Shown here: positions 59,262-64,000 of the stretch, piece after piece
Layout: the number at the start of each line of letters is the position of its first letter
Position numbering within the stretch: the first letter of the stretch is position 1
Source of the DNA: Candidatus Shapirobacteria bacterium
GTDB lineage: Bacteria; Patescibacteriota; Microgenomatia; UBA12405
Reading direction: 5' to 3'
DNA length: 64,000 nt
NCBI GenBank assembly: GCA_030698565.1
Contig: JAUYJS010000008.1
Location: 289,275 to 353,274 of the forward strand
The notes under the pieces: generated by a model
What the model was told of the DNA's origin: nothing
The model's database searches: none
What the model saw: the letters and a program-made list of their open reading frames with translations, nothing else
Translations under genes and position numbers: made by a program

Positions 59262-60422
59262 TTAATTAATCAATTCATTCAATACTCTCCACCTTCGTTT
59301 CTTTTCTGCCTGAGGAATATCGTTGGGGTACATCTTTGCCGAAACAGTTCCTTTCCGTGGCGAGTATTTATTCAGGTAAGCAATTTCAAAATTGGCTTTT
59401 TTACAGACTTCAACCGTATTGTTAAATGCCTCTTCGTCTTCGCCTGGAAAACCAATTATTATATCAGTGCTAAACCGCACGTCCTTAACCTTGGCTCTAA
59501 TTTTTTTAATTAAATCCAAATATTCCTCTGCTGTATAACCCCGGTTCATTTTTTCCAAAATCTTATCGTCACCTGCTTGAAGTGGCAAATGCAGTAACTT
59601 ATTTATATTGGCATATTTGGCAATTACATCGATTAATTCGTCAGAAAAATCCCAAGGATTACTGCTCACAAAAGATATATTTTCCAAACCTTTTTTAGCC
59701 ACCTCTTCCAAAAGTACATGAAATAAACTTCTAATTCTCTTTTTTCCCATATGTACCCAACTTGAAGTTTTGTCATCAAAAGAGTGGTTTAAATCAGATC
59801 CATACGAATTGACATTTTGGCCAATCAACATTACTTTTTTAAACCCTTTTTTAATCACCCCGTCGACTTCTTTCAATATTTCTTCAAAACTTCTTGAAAC
59901 TTCCGGTCCTCGGGCAAAAGGAACAATGCAAAACGAGCAAAAATTACTGCATCCCGAACTAATTGGAATCAAGGCTGTTTCTTTACTATTCCTTAAAGGA
60001 TCAATTTGAAAACTAATTTTATCGATTGGCAAAAACTGATCGACTTCCGGAAAATTAATTTGTAGTTGTTTTAATTTCTTTCCCGTCTTATCTCTGTAAG
60101 CCGTTCCTGCCAAACACCCAGTTACAATGATCTTTATTTTTTTAACACCATGTTTAAAATTGCCCTTTTCAAGGGAAATGTCGCGAAGCGACAAAGGGTT
60201 TATTCTTTTATTCCATTTATTCACTTCATTTATCAACCCATACGCCCTATTTTCGGCAGATTCTCGCACAATACACGTATTGATAATAACCATATCAGAA
60301 TCCTTCCAATTGTCTGTTTCCGAAAACCCTTTTTCCCAATAATATGCTTTAACCCTTTCTGAATCAGCCGTATTTTGAATACAACCAAAAGTTCTTATAA
60401 ATATTTTTCCTTTTTTTTGCAT
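59262..60422 (-). CDS. miaB: MiaB-like radical SAM tRNA methylthiotransferase (no TRAM domain)
   Basis: TFGC..N..DSE, NTC.VRE.AE, TGC, GCSNFCSFCIVP..RG.E.SR, GQNVNSYG, DIIIGFPGE; start at the ATG 5 nt after TGaTAAAAT. Confidence 0.85.
   Translation of the reverse strand: MQKKGKIFIRTFGCIQNTADSERVKAYYWEKGFSETDNWKDSDMVIINTCIVRESAENRAYGLINEVNKWNKRINPLSLRDISLEKGNFKHGVKKIKIIVTGCLAGTAYRDKTGKKLKQLQINFPEVDQFLPIDKISFQIDPLRNSKETALIPISSGCSNFCSFCIVPFARGPEVSRSFEEILKEVDGVIKKGFKKVMLIGQNVNSYGSDLNHSFDDKTSSWVHMGKKRIRSLFHVLLEEVAKKGLENISFVSSNPWDFSDELIDVIAKYANINKLLHLPLQAGDDKILEKMNRGYTAEEYLDLIKKIRAKVKDVRFSTDIIIGFPGEDEEAFNNTVEVCKKANFEIAYLNKYSPRKGTVSAKMYPNDIPQAEKKRRWRVLNELIN
60163..60198 (-). repeat. Double-hairpin REP-like element inside miaB (CCCTTTGTCGCTTCGCGACATTTCCCTTGAAAAGGG on minus strand)
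   Basis: TGTCGC-TTC-GCGACA and CCCTT-GAA-AAGGG hairpins; encodes PLSLRDISLEKG. Confidence 0.65.
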
Positions 60423-60503
60423 TGACAATTTTATCAAATCAAAACAGTGCTCACATCTTGGAGATATTTGACACCAATTTCCAATAATGAGATATTAAAT
60501 GTT

Positions 60504-61019
60504 ATGGATACTCAACCGAACGATAATAATCAAAACAAAGACAATTATTCTGAATATAAAAACTTGTTGGATCAATATGCCTCTAATACTGACACCCAAG
60601 AACCTACCAGAGCACCACCCGCGCCACCATTTCCACCTACTCCAAATTATCCTCAAAAAACCCCAGATTCTACCAATATTTTTAAATATATATTTTTTGC
60701 TTCTTTAATAATATTTTTAGCCATCTACTCATTTATCGCTTTTACGTTAATTAAAAAACCTTCGACTACTAGCACTACTACTAATGCAACTCTCCCAACA
60801 TCGCCCGCCACACCTTCTCCCACGTCCATTCCTACCCAAGTATGTGCTCTGAATGATAAAAACTATGAAGTTGGGGAATCTTTTACTGCTGCTGACGGCT
60901 GCAACACTTGTACTTGTTCTGAAGATTTATCTATAAGTTGTACTGAAAAAGTCTGTCCGACAGCCAAACCAACTATCAAAACATCCACTCAATCAGCCGA
61001 AAAATCAGGCAACCTGTAG
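60504..61019 (+). CDS. Bitopic membrane protein with T/P stalk and pacifastin/VWC-like 6-Cys domain
   Basis: Pro-rich N-terminus, TM, TPS-rich linker, C-x14-DGCNTCTC-x6-CTEKVC; promoter TTGACA 60468-N17-GATATT. Confidence 0.72.
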   Translation: MDTQPNDNNQNKDNYSEYKNLLDQYASNTDTQEPTRAPPAPPFPPTPNYPQKTPDSTNIFKYIFFASLIIFLAIYSFIAFTLIKKPSTTSTTTNATLPTSPATPSPTSIPTQVCALNDKNYEVGESFTAADGCNTCTCSEDLSISCTEKVCPTAKPTIKTSTQSAEKSGNL

Positions 61020-61065
61020 AAAATAAATTACAAAAAATTCCACAGTTTTACTTTAAAATTAACTG

Positions 61066-61094
61066 TTGACCTAATATTATCCTAGATATATAAT
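61066..61094 (+). promoter_or_regulatory. rpoB promoter TTGACC-N17-TATAAT
   Basis: TTGACC 61066-71, TATAAT 61089-94. Confidence 0.8.
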
Positions 61095-61159
61095 ACCCAC
61101 ATTCGGTCGAGCAGTTGGAACATAACTCGCCCCTTTGCTTTAATAATTAAATTTGTTTA

Positions 61160-64000
61160 ATGCCTTCTGCAAAAAGAACCAATTGGGGTGAAAAATACCC
61201 AAACCTTCCTAAGTTAGACCTTATTCAAATTCAAAAAGAATCATGGCAAGAATTCCTAAAAAAAGAACTCATCGAAACTATTAAATCAATTTCTCCAATC
61301 AATGATTACACTGGAAACAATTGGGAACTCGAGCTTGGAGAAATTACCTACGAACCTATTAGCATAATTCCAGATATAGCCAAAAGAAAGGGCTTAAATT
61401 ATACAATCCCCGTCAAAATTAAAACTAAGTTAACCAACAAAAGAACCGGCGACATCAAAGAAGAAGAAGTATTTTTCCTAAATTTACCCACAATGACCGA
61501 AGAGGGTACCTTTATTATTAATGGTATCGAAAGAGGAGTCATTAACCAATTAGTCAGATCACCAGGTGTTTATTTTACTGGAGAAAGCGACCCGTCCACC
61601 GGTAAAACTCTTTACAATGCTGAAGTTAGACCAATTCGAGGTTCATGGCTCGAATTCTTCATCGGTAAAAAAGATGTAGTTTTTGCCCGAATCGATCGCA
61701 AAAAGAAGTTTCCTGCCACCGTAATTTTAAAAGCTGCTTGTCAAATGACCGACAAACAACTAATCGGCGAATTTTCTGATTTTATAAATCCTACAATTCA
61801 AGCTGATATTTCTAAAACCCCCGAAGAAGCAATATTGGAATTTTATCGTAAATTAAGACCAGGCGAACCTGTCGTTTTGGATAATGCTGAAAAGTTTTTT
61901 AACGAAAGATTTTTTGATTTAAGAACCTATGAAATCGGAAATGTTGGTCGTTACAAAATGAACAAAAAATTCGGTTTTAAATTTGATGACAGTAACAAAG
62001 AAAACTGGATTTTAAGAAAAGAAGATTTAATTGCTACCGTCAAATATTTAATTCAATTGCAAAAAGGCGAGAATACTCGTCTTGATGACATTGATAGCTT
62101 GGCAAATCGACGTTTACGTCGCTGTGGCGAAATCATTTCTCAAATCGCCATTCGTCCAGCTTTAGCTAGATTTGAAAGAATGGTTAAAGAGAGAATGAGT
62201 TTGATTTCTACCAAAGAAAAACCAACCCCAAGCCAAATGATCAATCCTCAACCGTTAATTTCGGCTCTAAACACTTTCTTTAGATCTAATCAATTATCGG
62301 CTATTTTGGATCAAACCAATCCTTTATCCGAACTTGATTTATTAAGAAGAGTTACTGTTGTCGGTATTGGTGGTTTAACTCGAGAGAGAGCCGCTTTCTC
62401 TATCCGCGACGTTCACAGTTCTCAATACGGTCGTATTTGTACTGTCCGTTCTCCAGAAGGTCCAAATATCGGCTTAGTTACTTACTTGGCTCTTTACGCT
62501 CAAGTAAATAAATATAGTTTCCTCGAAGCTCCTTTAAGAAAATTAGAAAAAGTCAAAGGTGGTTATAAACCATCTGATGATTATATTTATTTAGATGCTG
62601 ATGATGAATATGACCACAAAGTCACTCATTTGGGTGTAAAAAAAGATGCAAACGGTGTTATTACCCAAGAATGGGTTCCAATTCGTTATCGCGGTGAATT
62701 TGTTGAAGGTCCTATTGATTCGGTTGAATATATTGACTTAGTTCCCAATGAAATTGTCGGCGCCTCTGCTTCTTTAATTCCTTTCGTTGATCATGACGAT
62801 GCCACTAGAGCCCTAATGGGTTCCCACATGCAGACGCAAGCAGTCCCCTTAATTTCTCCAGAAGAACCAATTATTGGTACTGGCATGGAATCAACTATTG
62901 CCACATCTATGGGTAGAACTGTTCTAGCTAATCGTGATGGAAAAGTGGCCCATGTTGAAGGTGAAAAAATAATCATTACTTTAGATAAAAAAGCCGAAGC
63001 CGGTATCACTGAAAATAGTGTTATTAGCGATGACGGTAAAACTGAAACTTATTTTGTAACTAAATTTGAAAGAACTTCTCCTTATGGTACTTGCTACAAC
63101 CAAAAAGTAGTGGCCAACGTCGGCGACGTTATCAAAAAAGGTGATCTTTTAATTGACGGACCCTCTACTAGTAAGGGCGAACTATCTATTGGTCGAAACC
63201 TTTTGGTTGCTTATGCCTCTATTGACGGCTTATCTTACGAAGATTCATTTTTAATTTCCGACAGAATCGTCAAAGAAGATGTCCTAACAAATATTCAGAT
63301 TTATGAATATGCTGCCCCAGTAGTCGAAACCAAACTTGGTAGTGAAGAATTAACCAAAGATATTCCTAATGTTTCTGAAAATGAATTAAGTAAATTAACC
63401 GATGATGGTATCGTTATGATTGGCGCCACCGTTGGACCTAATGATATTCTGGTCGGAAAAGTTGAACCTAGGGGCGAAAAGGAATTATCAGCCGAAGAAA
63501 GACTATTGCGGGCCATTTTTGGAGAGAAAGCTCGTGAAGTCAAAGATACTTCGCTTCGTATTCCCAACGGAGAGGGCGGAGTTGTTATAAAAGTTGATAC
63601 TCTCGACAAAGACAAGGGTGACGAACTTGATCCTGGTGTTAATAAAGTAGTCAAAGTCTATGTTGCCCAAATTAGGCGAATTCAGGAAGGCGACAAAATT
63701 GCTGGACGCCATGGAAATAAAGGTGTAATCTGCCGTATTATGCCTCAATATGACATGCCGCGGTTAGCCGATGGTACCCCGATTGATTTAGTCATGTCCC
63801 CTTTATCTGTCATTGCCCGTATGAACTTGGGTCAAATTTTGGAAGCTACTTTGGCTTATGCTGGATATAAATTAAACAAAAAGTTTTCTGCTCCGGTATT
63901 TGAAAAATACCAAGAAGAAAGGTTTGAAACTGAATTAAAATCGGCTGGAATTAATCCGACTGGTAAAGCTCAATTATACGATGGTCGAACCGGTGAGCCT
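61160..64000 (+). CDS. rpoB: DNA-directed RNA polymerase beta subunit, 5' part, runs off the window end (not in ORF track)
   Basis: MPSAKRTNW...LIQIQKESW, GTFIINGIER...NQLVRSPGVYF, DQTNPLSEL, RSPEGPNIGL, HDDATRALMGSHMQTQAVPL, GDKIAGRHGNKG, RMNLGQ. Confidence 0.97.
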   Translation, partial: MPSAKRTNWGEKYPNLPKLDLIQIQKESWQEFLKKELIETIKSISPINDYTGNNWELELGEITYEPISIIPDIAKRKGLNYTIPVKIKTKLTNKRTGDIKEEEVFFLNLPTMTEEGTFIINGIERGVINQLVRSPGVYFTGESDPSTGKTLYNAEVRPIRGSWLEFFIGKKDVVFARIDRKKKFPATVILKAACQMTDKQLIGEFSDFINPTIQADISKTPEEAILEFYRKLRPGEPVVLDNAEKFFNERFFDLRTYEIGNVGRYKMNKKFGFKFDDSNKENWILRKEDLIATVKYLIQLQKGENTRLDDIDSLANRRLRRCGEIISQIAIRPALARFERMVKERMSLISTKEKPTPSQMINPQPLISALNTFFRSNQLSAILDQTNPLSELDLLRRVTVVGIGGLTRERAAFSIRDVHSSQYGRICTVRSPEGPNIGLVTYLALYAQVNKYSFLEAPLRKLEKVKGGYKPSDDYIYLDADDEYDHKVTHLGVKKDANGVITQEWVPIRYRGEFVEGPIDSVEYIDLVPNEIVGASASLIPFVDHDDATRALMGSHMQTQAVPLISPEEPIIGTGMESTIATSMGRTVLANRDGKVAHVEGEKIIITLDKKAEAGITENSVISDDGKTETYFVTKFERTSPYGTCYNQKVVANVGDVIKKGDLLIDGPSTSKGELSIGRNLLVAYASIDGLSYEDSFLISDRIVKEDVLTNIQIYEYAAPVVETKLGSEELTKDIPNVSENELSKLTDDGIVMIGATVGPNDILVGKVEPRGEKELSAEERLLRAIFGEKAREVKDTSLRIPNGEGGVVIKVDTLDKDKGDELDPGVNKVVKVYVAQIRRIQEGDKIAGRHGNKGVICRIMPQYDMPRLADGTPIDLVMSPLSVIARMNLGQILEATLAYAGYKLNKKFSAPVFEKYQEERFETELKSAGINPTGKAQLYDGRTGEP

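Noticed and set aside
251-63748. Numerous 60-143 aa antisense or alternate-frame ORFs in the track
   Set aside because: They are shadows of well-supported genes (including those opposite rpoB) and have no recognisable motifs.
1-64000. tRNA, rRNA, tmRNA, DGR or retron elements
   Set aside because: No cloverleaf/T-loop signatures, rRNA motifs, reverse transcriptase or TR/VR pair recognised by eye; a covariance search could still find divergent RNAs.

Overview
AT-rich bacterial chromosomal segment read with the standard genetic code. The streamlined proteins (short IF2, AlaRS without the C-Ala domain, MiaB without TRAM, archaeal-type ProRS) and the envelope genes suggest a Patescibacteria/CPR organism, probably Microgenomates-like; this is inference, no search was run. 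The window is mostly housekeeping: pcrA, femX-like, gatCAB, a helicase-nuclease, dut, rmuC, hrcA-grpE-dnaK-dnaJ, nusA-infB, rpsO-pnp, a Lon-like ATPase, rnj, proS, ftsK, alaS, sortase, ruvX, mltG, glmS, miaB-like and the 5' part of rpoB. It also holds a surface-glycan/glycerol-phosphate cluster and a RAYT transposase with its REPs. No tRNA, rRNA, CRISPR or prophage was seen. Most notable: (1) two putative DNA-binding genes 15 kb apart (RhuM family and Bro-N family) each carry a perfect 11-3-11 palindrome with AAC...GTT ends inside the coding sequence; (2) a divergent glmS ribozyme with two inserted hairpins and wobble-compensated core pairs; (3) three different palindromic repeat types translated in frame inside gatA, alaS, miaB and the RAYT itself; (4) pervasive leaderless promoter architecture, with structured leaders mainly on rpsO, rnj, glmS and rpoB; (5) a tandem pair of divergent orphan paralogues with an operator-like inverted repeat.
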